A DNA stretch of 64,000 nt from NCBI GenBank assembly GCA_965215195.1, contig CBDCDC010000002.1, forward strand, positions 4,576,001 through 4,640,000, given 5' to 3'. The translations under genes and the position numbers were made by a program. The stretch's first letter is position 1, and every line of letters begins with the position of its first letter. The stretch is from Candidatus Latescibacterota bacterium (GTDB lineage: Bacteria > Latescibacterota > UBA2968 > UBA8231). The notes beneath the pieces were generated by a model. It searched no databases. It was not told where the DNA came from and saw nothing but the letters and a program-made list of their open reading frames with translations. Positions 27,255 to 37,325 of the stretch are shown piece by piece.

Positions 27255-28400
27255 ATGACCAAGCCAGCAGTCAAACCGCAAAATCCCTGCTTTTCCTCCG
27301 GCCCCTGTGCCAAGCGGCCGGGGTGGAATCTCGCGGCCCTAAAAGACGCGGCCGTGGGGTGCTCGCATCGGTCGGCGCGGGGGCGGGCCAAGCTGCAAGA
27401 GGTCATTGAGCGGTCGCGTGCGCTGCTGGGCGTACCGGCTGATTACCGCATCGGGGTGGTGCCGGGTTCGGATACAGGGGCTGTGGAGATGTGCCTGTGG
27501 TCGCTGTTGGGTGCCCGAGGCGTCGATGTCCTGTCTTGGGAGAGCTTCAGCAGGGGGTGGGCGACGGACATTACCCAACACTTGCAGCTAGCAGACGTGC
27601 GCGTCTTCGATGCAGACTTCGGGGAGCTACCCGACTTGTCCTTGGTCGACTGCGACCGCGACGTGGTCTTTGCGTGGAACGGCACCACCTCCGGGGTGAA
27701 GGTGCCCGATGGCGAGTGGATCGCCGCCGACCGGCAGGGGCTGGTGATTTGCGATGCGACGTCGGCGGTTTTTGCCATGGACCTGCCTTGGGAAAAGCTC
27801 GACGTAATAACCTACTCTTGGCAAAAGGTCATGGGCGGCGAGGCCGCGCACGGGATGCTCATCCTGAGTCCGCGGGCGGTCGAGCGGCTCCTCAGCTTCA
27901 CCCCGCCTTGGCCCATACCCAAGCTCTTCCGCATGACCCAAGGCGGCCAGCTCAACGAGGCACTATTCAAGGGCGATACGATCAACACGCCCTCCCTGCT
28001 GTGCGTGGAAGACGCGCTCGACGGGTTGCGTTGGGCCGGGGCGATCGGCGGCTTGCCCGAACTCGTGCGACGGACGCAGGCCAACCTCGCGGTGCTGGAG
28101 CGTTGGGTGGAGGCCAGCACTTGGATCGCGTTTTTGCCCGACCGCCTGGCGATCCGCTCGCCGACGTCGATCTGTTTGCGGATTGACGATGAGTGGTATT
28201 CAGGTCTGGGCGAGGACGATCAGCGAGCGAAGGTCAAACAAATGGTCGCCGCGCTGGAGGATGAAGGCGTGGCCTACGACATCAACGGCTACCGCGCCGC
28301 GCCCCCCGGGCTGCGGATTTGGGGTGGGGCGACCGTGGAAACCAGCGACATCAAAGCCCTAGTCCCGTGGCTGGATTGGGCGTGGGCCGAGGGGACGTGA
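27255..28400 (+). CDS. serC: Phosphoserine aminotransferase
   Basis: [41 protein letters not shown]. Confidence 0.93.
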   Translation: MTKPAVKPQNPCFSSGPCAKRPGWNLAALKDAAVGCSHRSARGRAKLQEVIERSRALLGVPADYRIGVVPGSDTGAVEMCLWSLLGARGVDVLSWESFSRGWATDITQHLQLADVRVFDADFGELPDLSLVDCDRDVVFAWNGTTSGVKVPDGEWIAADRQGLVICDATSAVFAMDLPWEKLDVITYSWQKVMGGEAAHGMLILSPRAVERLLSFTPPWPIPKLFRMTQGGQLNEALFKGDTINTPSLLCVEDALDGLRWAGAIGGLPELVRRTQANLAVLERWVEASTWIAFLPDRLAIRSPTSICLRIDDEWYSGLGEDDQRAKVKQMVAALEDEGVAYDINGYRAAPPGLRIWGGATVETSDIKALVPWLDWAWAEGT

Positions 28401-28402
28401 AG

Positions 28403-28963
28403 TCAACCCAACACGTCGGCGGCAGCTAATGCGAGATGGGCAATAGTCGGCGAGGTGAGGGTGGCGTCGGCTGAGACTTCGACGCGCTGTTGGTACGCCT
28501 CGCCTTGGGGGTGGGCGTAGACCTCGATGCGGTTTGCGGACAGGTCGATCAGCCACACTTCGGGAATACCGGCCTGCGCGTACAGGGGCACTTTGACCGC
28601 ACGGTCGTACCCCGCCGACGTATCGGCAACTTCGACCGCCAGCAGCACATCGGTCGCCGACGGATGGGACGCCGCGTAGAAATCGGCGCGGGGACGGAGC
28701 AGCACTAGGTCGGGCTCCGGTTCGGAGTACGCGTCGAGCGCGATGGGGTCTTGGACGCCGATCAACATGGAATCCCCGATCACTTTTCCCAGCAACAGAT
28801 TGAGGCGTTTTACGCAAGCGGCGTGGCGGCTGCCAATGGGACTCATGGCGACGATCTGCCCGGCGATAAGCTCAACCCGGTCCTCCTCGGTAAGGATGTT
28901 CGCCTCGGCCATGCGATAGTACTCGCCGACCGTGAAGGCGCGGCCTTGCCGCTGAGTGGTCAT
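28403..28963 (-). CDS. Uma2-family endonuclease, copy A
   Basis: RVELIAG, EPEPDL, EVADTS, K...YA.AGIPEVW. Confidence 0.9.
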   Translation of the reverse strand: MTTQRQGRAFTVGEYYRMAEANILTEEDRVELIAGQIVAMSPIGSRHAACVKRLNLLLGKVIGDSMLIGVQDPIALDAYSEPEPDLVLLRPRADFYAASHPSATDVLLAVEVADTSAGYDRAVKVPLYAQAGIPEVWLIDLSANRIEVYAHPQGEAYQQRVEVSADATLTSPTIAHLALAAADVLG

Positions 28964-28965
28964 AG

Positions 28966-29529
28966 CTACCCCCCCAACAGGTCGGCGGCAGCCAGTTTTA
29001 GGCTGGCCAGTGTCGGCGCGGCAAGGGTGGCGTCGGCTGCGACTTCGACGCGCTGTTGGTACGCCTCGCCTTGGGGCCGGGCATACACCTCGATGCGGTT
29101 TGCGAACAGGTCGATCAGCCACACTTCGGGAATACCGGCCTGCGCGTACAGGGGCACTTTGACCGCGCGGTCGTACCCCGCCGACGTATCGGCAACTTCG
29201 ACCGCCAGCAGCACATCGGCCGCCGACGGATGAGCTGTCGCGTAGAAATCGGCGCGGAGACGGAGCAGCACTAGGTCGGGCTCCGGTTCGGAGTACGCGT
29301 CAAGCGCGATGGGGCTTTGCACTCGCACGATAAAGGCTGGTCCCGGCTGGCGATGCAATAAGCCGTTGAGCCGATCGACGCAAGCGGCGTGGCGGCTGCC
29401 AATGGGACGCATGGCGACGACCTGCCCGGCGATGAGCTCAACGCGATCCTCCTCGGTAAGGATGTTCGCCTCGGCCATGCGATAGTACTCGCCGACCGTG
29501 AAGGCGCGGCCTTGCCGCTGGGTGGTCAT
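28966..29529 (-). CDS. Uma2-family endonuclease, copy B
   Basis: Tandem paralogue of 28403-28963. Confidence 0.9.
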   Translation of the reverse strand: MTTQRQGRAFTVGEYYRMAEANILTEEDRVELIAGQVVAMRPIGSRHAACVDRLNGLLHRQPGPAFIVRVQSPIALDAYSEPEPDLVLLRLRADFYATAHPSAADVLLAVEVADTSAGYDRAVKVPLYAQAGIPEVWLIDLFANRIEVYARPQGEAYQQRVEVAADATLAAPTLASLKLAAADLLGG

Positions 29530-29549
29530 GGGGTACTCCCTTCTAAAAA

Positions 29550-29586
29550 TTGCGCCCAGTCCTCGGCAATATAGGACCGGGCGCAA
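29550..29586. terminator. Hairpin between sulfatase and Uma2 pair
   Basis: ttgcgcccagtcct ... aggaccgggcgcaa. Confidence 0.45.
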
Positions 29587-29612
29587 CCTGCACAAGGACG
29601 CATGGGGTACCG

Positions 29613-31013
29613 CTACGGCCCCTTTTTGTTCCCCGCCTGTAGTTTGTCTGCCGCTCCCACCGAGCCGATGTGCAGGGTGTCGTAGGCCTGTTGTGCAGTC
29701 TCGAACGGCCCCTCGTGCGCCTTGGAGCCATGCCATTGCAAATTGGTGTACATCGGGTTGGTCGCGTCCGTCTCGCGCTCGCGTTTGGCGATCCAAGCCT
29801 CCATCCGCTCCTTCAGATCAGCAACAATCCCCGGCTCTTCCTTGGCCAAGTTTTTCAGCTCCAGCGGATCGGCGACCAAGTTGTACAGCTCAACTTCGGG
29901 CTTGAAGTGAAAGTCCGGCTCTAGCGCGACGATCAGCTTCCACTCTGGGGTGCGCCAGCCGTGCTTGCGCATCCAAGTGCATTCCGTGATGTAAAAGTCC
30001 GAGTAGTTGGAGGCCCTTTGGCCGGCGATCAGCGGCAGCAGCGACTGGCCGTCGAATGCGATGTCCGTGCGGATGTTGAGGAGCTCGAGCACGGTGGGCA
30101 CCAAGTCTTGGTGCAGGGCGGTGCCCGCGACGCGCTTGCCGGCCGGCAACTCGCCCGGCAGGCGGATGATGAGGGGCACGTGCAGGGTGTTTTCGTACAT
30201 GCCGTGGTGATCGTACCAGCACTCGTGCTCGTACAGGGTCTCGCCGTGGTCGCCGTTGATCGCGATTAAGGTATGGTCGCCCAAGCCCAGCTCTTCGACG
30301 CGGGTGAGGATGCGCTGAATGTAGGCGTCCATATAGGCGATGGCGCCGTCGTACTGGGCGTCCACGTAGTGGCGGTCGCGCACCCCGGGCGGCATCCAAT
30401 CGGCGAAGAAGTCGCAGAAGGGCTTGAAGCTGAACACCGGCTCCATGCTTTTGTTTTTGGGGTCGAATTCATTGCCGCTGTAAAACATTCGCTCAAAGGG
30501 AGCCGGCGGCAGATAGGGGGCGTGCGGATCCATGTGGCGCAAGAAGAGAAAGAAGGGCTTCTTGGAGCGCGCGAGCCGTTCCAATTCGGGGATGGCGACT
30601 TGGTTGAGGTTCTCGGCCTTGGGACTGCGGCCTTCGGCAAAGGAGCCCCAACCCGGGTAGTCCAAATAGCGGCTGAAGCCACGCGAACTGGAGTTGCCCG
30701 TGAATCCAACGCACGAGGTGTTGTAGCCGCTTTGGCCGAGGATCTCGGGCAGGGTGTGGACCTTTTGGGGCAGGCCGCCGCGATGGCGCAGGGCCACGAC
30801 GCTGGTGCCGAAGCAGTCGAGGCCGGTGAGCATGGAGGCGTAGGCCGAGGTCGTGGGAATGTGGGCCGAGTAATTCCTTTCAAAGAGCACGGCGTCTGCG
30901 GCAAAGCGGTCGATATGGGGCGTGGTCTGGCGGTGATAGCCATAGCAGCTCATGTGATCGGCGCGCAGGCTGTCGATGCCTAAGACAATGACGTTGGTCT
31001 TTTTAGCTGGCAT
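29613..31013 (-). CDS. Sulfatase-like hydrolase (alkaline phosphatase superfamily)
   Basis: IDSLRADH, TPHID, DPHAPY, GDHGE, HVPLII, ELYNL..DP.E. Confidence 0.88.
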   Translation of the reverse strand: MPAKKTNVIVLGIDSLRADHMSCYGYHRQTTPHIDRFAADAVLFERNYSAHIPTTSAYASMLTGLDCFGTSVVALRHRGGLPQKVHTLPEILGQSGYNTSCVGFTGNSSSRGFSRYLDYPGWGSFAEGRSPKAENLNQVAIPELERLARSKKPFFLFLRHMDPHAPYLPPAPFERMFYSGNEFDPKNKSMEPVFSFKPFCDFFADWMPPGVRDRHYVDAQYDGAIAYMDAYIQRILTRVEELGLGDHTLIAINGDHGETLYEHECWYDHHGMYENTLHVPLIIRLPGELPAGKRVAGTALHQDLVPTVLELLNIRTDIAFDGQSLLPLIAGQRASNYSDFYITECTWMRKHGWRTPEWKLIVALEPDFHFKPEVELYNLVADPLELKNLAKEEPGIVADLKERMEAWIAKRERETDATNPMYTNLQWHGSKAHEGPFETAQQAYDTLHIGSVGAADKLQAGNKKGP

Positions 31014-31055
31014 TAGATCCTCTCGATTAGGGGTAAAGGCCGGGATGTAGGCGGG

Positions 31056-31469
31056 CTATTTGAGGACCGCACCAGGCCACTGATCGTCGCTGGCTGTCAC
31101 ATCTACAGTAATGCCGTCCGGGTCTTCGACCTTGAAGGCCCCTTCGCGGATGTCGTGGACATCGACCGGCTCTTTGCCTCCCAAGCCATCGGAAAAAATT
31201 TCATAGCCCATGGCCAAAAGGCGGCGACCGGCCTCTGCGAGGTCGGGCACCCGCACGCCGATGTGGAGGTAGTCGAGCATTCCGCTGACGTGGGCCGGGC
31301 GGGGCGGGCCGTTGTGCTGGAAGACTCGGAAGTTGTGGTGGCCGTCGCTGAGGTCGTAGCAGCTCCCGTGGGTCGAGACCACGGGCAGGCCGAGGCCGTC
31401 GCGCCAAAAGCGGATGGTCTTTTCGAGGTCCGTGGCCCGGACGCCAATGTGGACGAGTACCGTACTCAT
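31056..31469 (-). CDS. VOC/glyoxalase family protein
   Basis: HIGVRATDLEKTIRFW, HIGVRVPDL, DPDG. Confidence 0.85.
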   Translation of the reverse strand: MSTVLVHIGVRATDLEKTIRFWRDGLGLPVVSTHGSCYDLSDGHHNFRVFQHNGPPRPAHVSGMLDYLHIGVRVPDLAEAGRRLLAMGYEIFSDGLGGKEPVDVHDIREGAFKVEDPDGITVDVTASDDQWPGAVLK

Positions 31470-31701
31470 GGCTTTTCTCCTTTCTCGTAGGCTCGCAGCC
31501 GTTGTGCCATTAGTGCCCATAATGTAACAAACCAAGCGCCGCGGGGCACTACCGCGTTTGGCGGGCGGGACAATCCTCGTTTTACCGCATTTTAATGGAA
31601 ATTTATTAAGCTGAAAAAGTTTTTTTATATCAATAAGTTATTGTTTTTTGGTCAGATGGAAAAACCCCCGTAAAACCGGGCGAAAAAAGGGGGCAAATTT
31701 C

Positions 31702-31730
31702 TTGACTTCTACACAAATGTTTACTATCTT
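31702..31730 (+). promoter_or_regulatory. Sigma70-type promoter with imperfect palindrome in spacer
   Basis: TTGACT-N17-TATCTT; TACAC-AAAT-GTTTA at 31710-31723. Confidence 0.6.
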
Positions 31731-31815
31731 TTTGTGCAGGTAATCGAAGTAAAAAGGGCCTTTTTTGCGTTGGAAAAGCGAGCACCAAGCACCTCATCGC
31801 AAGGAGCAAAACCAC

Positions 31816-31899
31816 ATGCGACGCGAGATCATCAGCCAGGGCCTGATGTACGCCCTCGTCAGCCTCTTCGTATTCGCGGCGATGCCGCTTTTCAACTAA
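31816..31899 (+). CDS. Putative 27-aa hydrophobic peptide MRREIISQGLMYALVSLFVFAAMPLFN
   Basis: AAGGAG RBS at 31801; not in the ORF track. Confidence 0.45.
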   Translation: MRREIISQGLMYALVSLFVFAAMPLFN

Positions 31900-31927
31900 T
31901 AGCCGCTGGCCAAAGGAGAGCAGAGCC

Positions 31928-32071
31928 ATGAACCCGATTTTTGCGTTTCACGCATTGCGCGAGTTGAGCAAAAACAAGTGCGCCCAGCGCCAAGTGGGCC
32001 GGCTGGGGCCGATGTGTACAGGAGCCATCTTCGTCGTCTGGAGCTTTCCCGTTTTCCGCTACCTCACCTAA
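31928..32071 (+). CDS. Putative 47-aa small protein
   Basis: AAGGAG RBS upstream; MNPIFAF...[16 protein letters not shown]. Confidence 0.4.
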   Translation: MNPIFAFHALRELSKNKCAQRQVGRLGPMCTGAIFVVWSFPVFRYLT

Positions 32072-32093
32072 TCTGGCACAAAAGGAGAAACCC

Positions 32094-32327
32094 ATGCCGC
32101 CTATCGCAAAAGATCGCATCGAACGCGCCGCGCGGATGTACGCCAGCAACCACGACGCCGGCTCGGCCTTGGGCATTGCCCCGGGCAGCTTTAGCCGCCT
32201 CTGTCGCCGCTACGGCATCGAGACGCCGCAAGCGCGCAAGCGCCGCCAGCGCAGCGAGTGGAAGCAGGATTACCGCAGCCTGCACAACCGATTCACCGAG
32301 CCCAACGGGCACGACAAGGAGCAGTAA
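32094..32327 (+). CDS. Small Fis-like HTH protein
   Basis: AAGGAG RBS; N..AG.ALGI...SF.RLC.RYGI pattern. Confidence 0.7.
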   Translation: MPPIAKDRIERAARMYASNHDAGSALGIAPGSFSRLCRRYGIETPQARKRRQRSEWKQDYRSLHNRFTEPNGHDKEQ

Positions 32328-32328
32328 T

Positions 32329-32745
32329 ATGTCGAGTCTCAACAAGGTCTTACTCATCGGCAACTTAGGGTCCGATCCCGAGACGCGCTTTACCCCCAGC
32401 GGCGCTCAGGTCGCCAACTTCAGCTTGGCCACCAGTGAGTCGTGGAACGACAAGAACGGGCAGCGCCAAGAGCGCACCGAATGGCACCGCATCGTCTTGT
32501 GGCAGCGCCTCGCCGAAATCGCGGGTCAGTACCTAAAAAAGGGCAGCAAGATCTACATTGAGGGCAAGCTGCAAACGCGCTCTTGGGAAGATCAGAAGGG
32601 CCAGAAGCGCCAGACCACCGAAATCGTCGCCAGCACCATGAAAATGCTCGGCGCAGAGCGAGCCGCCGAGGCTGTTGTGGGCAACGGCCATGCACTCGCC
32701 GGTGCCCCTGCGGCCGGCCCCAACCACGACGATCTGCCCTTCTAA
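32329..32745 (+). CDS. ssb: Single-stranded DNA-binding protein
   Basis: [34 protein letters not shown]-terminal DDLPF. Confidence 0.96.
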   Translation: MSSLNKVLLIGNLGSDPETRFTPSGAQVANFSLATSESWNDKNGQRQERTEWHRIVLWQRLAEIAGQYLKKGSKIYIEGKLQTRSWEDQKGQKRQTTEIVASTMKMLGAERAAEAVVGNGHALAGAPAAGPNHDDLPF

Positions 32746-32795
32746 CCCGGTTCCGCTATTCCGCCGAGTTGACGCTCGGACGAGATGTATTAGCT

Positions 32796-32832
32796 TGGTC
32801 GCGGTCCGCAAAGGATGCGCGGCCATTTTTTT
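32796..32832 (+). terminator. Intrinsic terminator after ssb
   Basis: tggtcgcg...cgcggcca stem followed by a T-run. Confidence 0.65.
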
Positions 32833-32852
32833 ATTTTATCGAAGGAGCGACC

Positions 32853-33689
32853 ATGGCGTTTGAACTCAACGCGTTGAGCAAAATAAAGAGCATAACGAGC
32901 GCGTACACCGGCCCGCGCTTTCGCGACGGGCGGCCTAAAGTCGATGGCGACATCGTCGAGCGGATGCAGCGGGTGACCATTGAGGAAGCCTGGGGTGTGC
33001 TGATGGGCAAGGGGCATTCGTTTCAGTTTGAAGGCGACTGGATCAACCTGCATCCAAGCCGCGTACTCGTCGGCCGCGCGGTGACGGCCCGCTATATTCC
33101 GCACCGGCCCGACTTCGACGGCGTCGTGCAGGCCGAAGGCGAGCGGCACGGTCGGATCGGCGGCCAGAATAGCTGGGTCATCGACACCTTGGTCGCCAAC
33201 GACGTATTGGTCGTCGATCTGTTCGGCAAGGTGCTGCGCGGGACCTTTATCGGCGACAATCTCGGCACGGCGATCGCGGCCAACACCGGCGGTACGGGCC
33301 TAGTCGTCGATGGCGGCATCCGCGACGATCACCGCGTGCGCAAGCTGCCCATCAACGTGCTCTGCAAAGGGCTGCATCCCTCGGCCATCGGCGAGGTGAC
33401 CATGGCCGAGATCAACGGCCCGGTGCGCGTAGGCGCGGCGACCTGTATGCCGGGCGACATCGTGCTGGCGACCCCCACGGGCGTGATTTTCGTGCCGCCG
33501 CAATACGCTCGCGAGGTCGTGGAGTCATCCGAAAACACCCGCCTGCGCGACTATTGGGGCAAGAAGAGCATTGCCGATGGCCGCTACACGCCCGGGGAGG
33601 TGGATCGCAAGTGGTCGTCTAAGATGGAAGAGGAATTCGCCGAGTGGCAAAAAACGGCAGACCTAGCGGCGATTTTTGCCGAGTTGTAG
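32853..33689 (+). CDS. RraA/HMG aldolase family protein
   Basis: GRAVT, VLVVD, IGDNL, VVDGGIRD, PGDIV...GVIFVP. Confidence 0.85.
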   Translation: MAFELNALSKIKSITSAYTGPRFRDGRPKVDGDIVERMQRVTIEEAWGVLMGKGHSFQFEGDWINLHPSRVLVGRAVTARYIPHRPDFDGVVQAEGERHGRIGGQNSWVIDTLVANDVLVVDLFGKVLRGTFIGDNLGTAIAANTGGTGLVVDGGIRDDHRVRKLPINVLCKGLHPSAIGEVTMAEINGPVRVGAATCMPGDIVLATPTGVIFVPPQYAREVVESSENTRLRDYWGKKSIADGRYTPGEVDRKWSSKMEEEFAEWQKTADLAAIFAEL

Positions 33690-33728
33690 AAAGCGGGCCG
33701 AGGAAAATACAGAGGCCCCGGCCCGCTG

Positions 33729-34811
33729 CTAGCGCACCAGCCAAGCACTGAAGCGCTCATTCATCTCGTCCATGTTGTCGCTCCACCAGCGCCAGTCGTT
33801 GTGCAGTGCACCCGCTGCGTTGGCTGGATACGTGGGCATGTGCGGGGCCATCTTCTCGCCGGTCCCAGCGTGGACCGAGATGAGCTCCATGCCCGAGCGA
33901 CGCGCTGGTGCATAGGAGATGTAGCGACCCACGCCGGCCATGGACGACGGCCGCGCCGCAAAGGCGAGGAACTTGCGCGCGGCCTCCAAATTCGGCGCAC
34001 CAGCCGCGATGACGAGCTGGCCCGTGTCCAGCAACTGGCCGTCCCAGACGATAGTAAACGGCTGCTTCTCCAAGACCTGCGCGTTGAATATGCGCCCGTT
34101 GTACGCGGTGGTCATTACTACTTCGCCATCCGCGAGCATCTGCGGCGGCTGTGCACCCGCCTCCCACCAAACCACCTGATCCTTGATGGTGTCGAGCTTG
34201 CGGAATGCGCGACTGACCCCTTCGGGCGTGTCGAGGGTGGCGTACACCTCGTCCCGGGGCACCCCGTCGGCCATTAGGGCGAACTCCAAGTTTGCGATCG
34301 GCATGCGCCGCATTCCGCGCCGGCCCGGGAAGGCCTCAAGGTCGAAAAAGTCGGCGATGGTCTCTGGTTTGCGCTCCTCAAAATGGTCCGTGCGATACGC
34401 ATAGACGGTCGAGTAGAACAACGTGCCGATGCCGCATTCGCCCATCGTCTCCGGGTAAAAATCGTCCTCCGGGGATTCGCCATTCACCCCCGGCGGCAGC
34501 TCAAAGTCCACGACCTCGAGCAGGCCCTCGTCGCAGCCGGTCATGGCATCGGCGACCTCCATGTCCACCACGTCCCAATGCACGGCCCCCGCATCCACTT
34601 GAGCGCGCAATTGGGCGAGGCCGCCGTTGTAGTCCTCCAAGCGAACTTCAATGCCCGTCTCGGCTGTAAACGCCTCGTGATAGCCTTTTACGCAGGCACG
34701 CGCGTACGAACCGCCCCAAGACACTACGGTCAGGGATTCCGCGACGGCCGCCGCACACCACGTCAGCGCGGCCAACGCACCCGCCCAAACCAGCCCCCAA
34801 GTTAAATTCAT
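33729..34811 (-). CDS. ABC transporter substrate-binding protein (polyamine/PotD-like)
   Basis: Signal peptide, VVSWGGSY, WDVVD, DFFDLEAFPG.R, YNGR. Confidence 0.88.
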   Translation of the reverse strand: MNLTWGLVWAGALAALTWCAAAVAESLTVVSWGGSYARACVKGYHEAFTAETGIEVRLEDYNGGLAQLRAQVDAGAVHWDVVDMEVADAMTGCDEGLLEVVDFELPPGVNGESPEDDFYPETMGECGIGTLFYSTVYAYRTDHFEERKPETIADFFDLEAFPGRRGMRRMPIANLEFALMADGVPRDEVYATLDTPEGVSRAFRKLDTIKDQVVWWEAGAQPPQMLADGEVVMTTAYNGRIFNAQVLEKQPFTIVWDGQLLDTGQLVIAAGAPNLEAARKFLAFAARPSSMAGVGRYISYAPARRSGMELISVHAGTGEKMAPHMPTYPANAAGALHNDWRWWSDNMDEMNERFSAWLVR

Positions 34812-34814
34812 CGC

Positions 34815-35450
34815 TTACTTATTGGGCTGCGGCGTGACGCGCAGGTAGGGCTTAACCGCCGTAAAGCCGTGGGGAAATTTCTCAGTGGCTTCCTCGTCCG
34901 AGAGAGCCGGGACCACGATGCAGTCGTCGCCGTCTTGCCAATTGGCCGGGGTGGCGACCGAGTAATTGGCCGTCAGTTGCAGCGAGTCAATCACGCGCAA
35001 AATTTCGTCGAAATTGCGGCCGGTCGAGGCCGGGTAGGTCAGGGTCAGCTTGACCTTTTTGTCCGGGCCGATGACGAACACCGAGCGCACGGTCATATTG
35101 TCGAGCGCGTTGGGGTGAATCATGTCGTAGAGCTGGGAGACCTTGCGCTCGGGATCGGCGATCATCGGGAAGTCGACGTTGGCGTTTTGGGTCTCGTTGA
35201 TGTCGTCGATCCAGCCTTCGTGGTCGTCAACCGAGTTGACGCTCAAGGCGATGATCTTGACGCCGCGCTTTTTGAACTCCTCTTCGATATTGGCCACTAC
35301 ACCTAACTCCGTGGTGCAGACCGGGGTGAAGTCGGCGGGGTGGGAAAAGAGCACTCCCCAAGAATCGCCGAGCCATTCGTGAAAGTTGATGGGTCCCGCG
35401 GTGGTTGCCGCACTGAAATCCGGGGCTTCGTCGCCGAGTCGGATGGCCAT
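34815..35450 (-). CDS. 1-Cys peroxiredoxin (Prx6)
   Basis: FSHPADFTPVCTTE, YPASTGRNFDE, ATPANW. Confidence 0.95.
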   Translation of the reverse strand: MAIRLGDEAPDFSAATTAGPINFHEWLGDSWGVLFSHPADFTPVCTTELGVVANIEEEFKKRGVKIIALSVNSVDDHEGWIDDINETQNANVDFPMIADPERKVSQLYDMIHPNALDNMTVRSVFVIGPDKKVKLTLTYPASTGRNFDEILRVIDSLQLTANYSVATPANWQDGDDCIVVPALSDEEATEKFPHGFTAVKPYLRVTPQPNK

Positions 35451-35520
35451 GGTGTTCCTCCGTGCATAAGGTGGTTAAGGAATGGGGTATGCCGATAAGG
35501 TACGTATAGTATAGCCGTCG

Positions 35521-36348
35521 TCAATCGCCCGCCAACAGGCCCTTGAGATAGCGGGCGCTCTCGCGGACCGCGGCTTCCGTGCCCAGTTCGGCCGAGGCCT
35601 GATGGACCGTTACATAGCCTTCGTAGCCGACCGAGCGCAGCGCGTCAATCAGCGGCGGGAAGCTAATGCCCCCTTCTTCCCACAAGGGGATCTGGCGGAA
35701 CTGCACCGCGCCGCGGCACCACGTATCGAGCGCGTCTGGGCCATCGGCGGTCAAGACCTGATTTTGCAGATACACATTGAAGAGGTGCGGCGCGAGGCGG
35801 CGGATGGCATCGAGCCCATAAGGCTGGCCGCATAGCTCTAGGTTGGCTGGTTCGTAGATCAGGCCGAAGTTGGGGCGGCCAATGCGCGCCAAAACGTGCA
35901 GCGAGCGGTCGATTTCCTCGAAGAGGCTGCGGGTGTGGCACTGGTGTGCTAGGCGCATAGCGCGCTCGGCAGCTTCGTCGGCCGCACGACGGGCCCAAGC
36001 AATATCTTCGTCCTTTTTCAGGCAGACGCGCAGCAGCCGAGCACTGAGCTGTTCGGCCAGATCGAGATAGGGCGTTATATTGCGGAGGGCGTCCGGCCCT
36101 TGGTCGGAGTTTTCCGGAATGGGGAAGTCGCCGGTGAGCATGGAGACGGCCAGCGAGTAGCGGCCGAGGAGGGCGCGGGCCGCGGCAACCGCCTCTGGCG
36201 GGCTGTGGACGCCCACTTGCGAGGCGCGCATACACAGCCCGCTGTACCCGTGGCGGATGGCGAGGGCGGCCAATTGTTCGAGCGTCATATTGGCTTCGCG
36301 CTTGGCGTGGAATTTTTCGGCCACGCGGACCGAGAGCGAGAGTTTCAT
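35521..36348 (-). CDS. Sugar phosphate isomerase/epimerase family protein
   Basis: TIM-barrel xylose isomerase-like pattern, NFGLIYEPANL, GYEGYVTVH. Confidence 0.75.
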   Translation of the reverse strand: MKLSLSVRVAEKFHAKREANMTLEQLAALAIRHGYSGLCMRASQVGVHSPPEAVAAARALLGRYSLAVSMLTGDFPIPENSDQGPDALRNITPYLDLAEQLSARLLRVCLKKDEDIAWARRAADEAAERAMRLAHQCHTRSLFEEIDRSLHVLARIGRPNFGLIYEPANLELCGQPYGLDAIRRLAPHLFNVYLQNQVLTADGPDALDTWCRGAVQFRQIPLWEEGGISFPPLIDALRSVGYEGYVTVHQASAELGTEAAVRESARYLKGLLAGD

Positions 36349-36416
36349 GGGATCCTCGCGGTTGAGGGTTGTTGGCGGCCTGTAGGTAATTTGCACAAAG
36401 AAAGGATAGTGAACCA

Positions 36417-37277
36417 ATGAGAACGATCCGCACGACATGGATTGCTGTCGTCGCCGGCTTGGTGGCCGTTCCAGCCCAAGCTTGGTGGGGGGATGGACAC
36501 GGAATTTTGACCGAGGGGGCGGTGCTGGCCCTGCCGGAGGAAATGCCAGCTTTCTTTCGCCAAGGGGACAACATGGCCAGCCACGTGGTCTTCGATCCAG
36601 ATCTGTTTAAGAATCGCCGCGCCCCGGAGCTGAGCCACGCCGAGCACGGAGAGCACTATTTCGATCTAGAGTACCTCGGGGGGCGAGCGGTTCCAACGAA
36701 GCGCTTTGATTTTATCGCCTTGTGCTTTGAGCTACAACTGGATCCGCCGCGGGTCGGGATGGCCCCCTACGCCATCGCCGAGTGGACCGAGCGGCTAGTC
36801 GTGGCCTTTGCCGAGCATCGCCAGTGGCCGGGAAACGAGGCGATTCAGCAGAAGTGCCTCGTCTATGCGGGCCTGCTCGCCCACTATGCCCAAGACATTT
36901 GCCAGCCCTTGCACACCACCGTGCATTTCGACGGCAAACCACAGCAAGACGGCACGGTTATAGGTAAGGGTATTCACGAAAAGGTGGATTCATCGGTGGA
37001 GCGGCTCGGTTTTGCGCCCGAGGATTTGGCAGCTAAGCAGGACATTGTAGCCTTTGATTCGCTGATGCGGGCCATCGTCGCCCAGATCAGAGAAAGCAAC
37101 GGGCGCGTGGAAGAGGTGTACGCGCTGCTGGGCCACTGGGAGGACGAAGAAGATGCCCAGATGCGCGCCTTGGCCCTAGAGTTGGCCCGCACCGCCGTGC
37201 ATTTTACGGCCTCGCTCTACCTGACGGCTTGGCATCAGTCTGCCGAAATTCGCTTGCCGGGGTGGTTAGAGCGCTGA
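36417..37277 (+). CDS. Secreted S1/P1 nuclease / phospholipase C-like protein
   Basis: Signal peptide then WWGDGH, HYFD, HYAQDICQPLHT, HE..D. Confidence 0.75.
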   Translation: MRTIRTTWIAVVAGLVAVPAQAWWGDGHGILTEGAVLALPEEMPAFFRQGDNMASHVVFDPDLFKNRRAPELSHAEHGEHYFDLEYLGGRAVPTKRFDFIALCFELQLDPPRVGMAPYAIAEWTERLVVAFAEHRQWPGNEAIQQKCLVYAGLLAHYAQDICQPLHTTVHFDGKPQQDGTVIGKGIHEKVDSSVERLGFAPEDLAAKQDIVAFDSLMRAIVAQIRESNGRVEEVYALLGHWEDEEDAQMRALALELARTAVHFTASLYLTAWHQSAEIRLPGWLER

Positions 37278-37325
37278 GGGGGCAGCAGGGTCTCCGGTTT
37301 ACTGCACTTGCCGGGGTGGTTTGCG

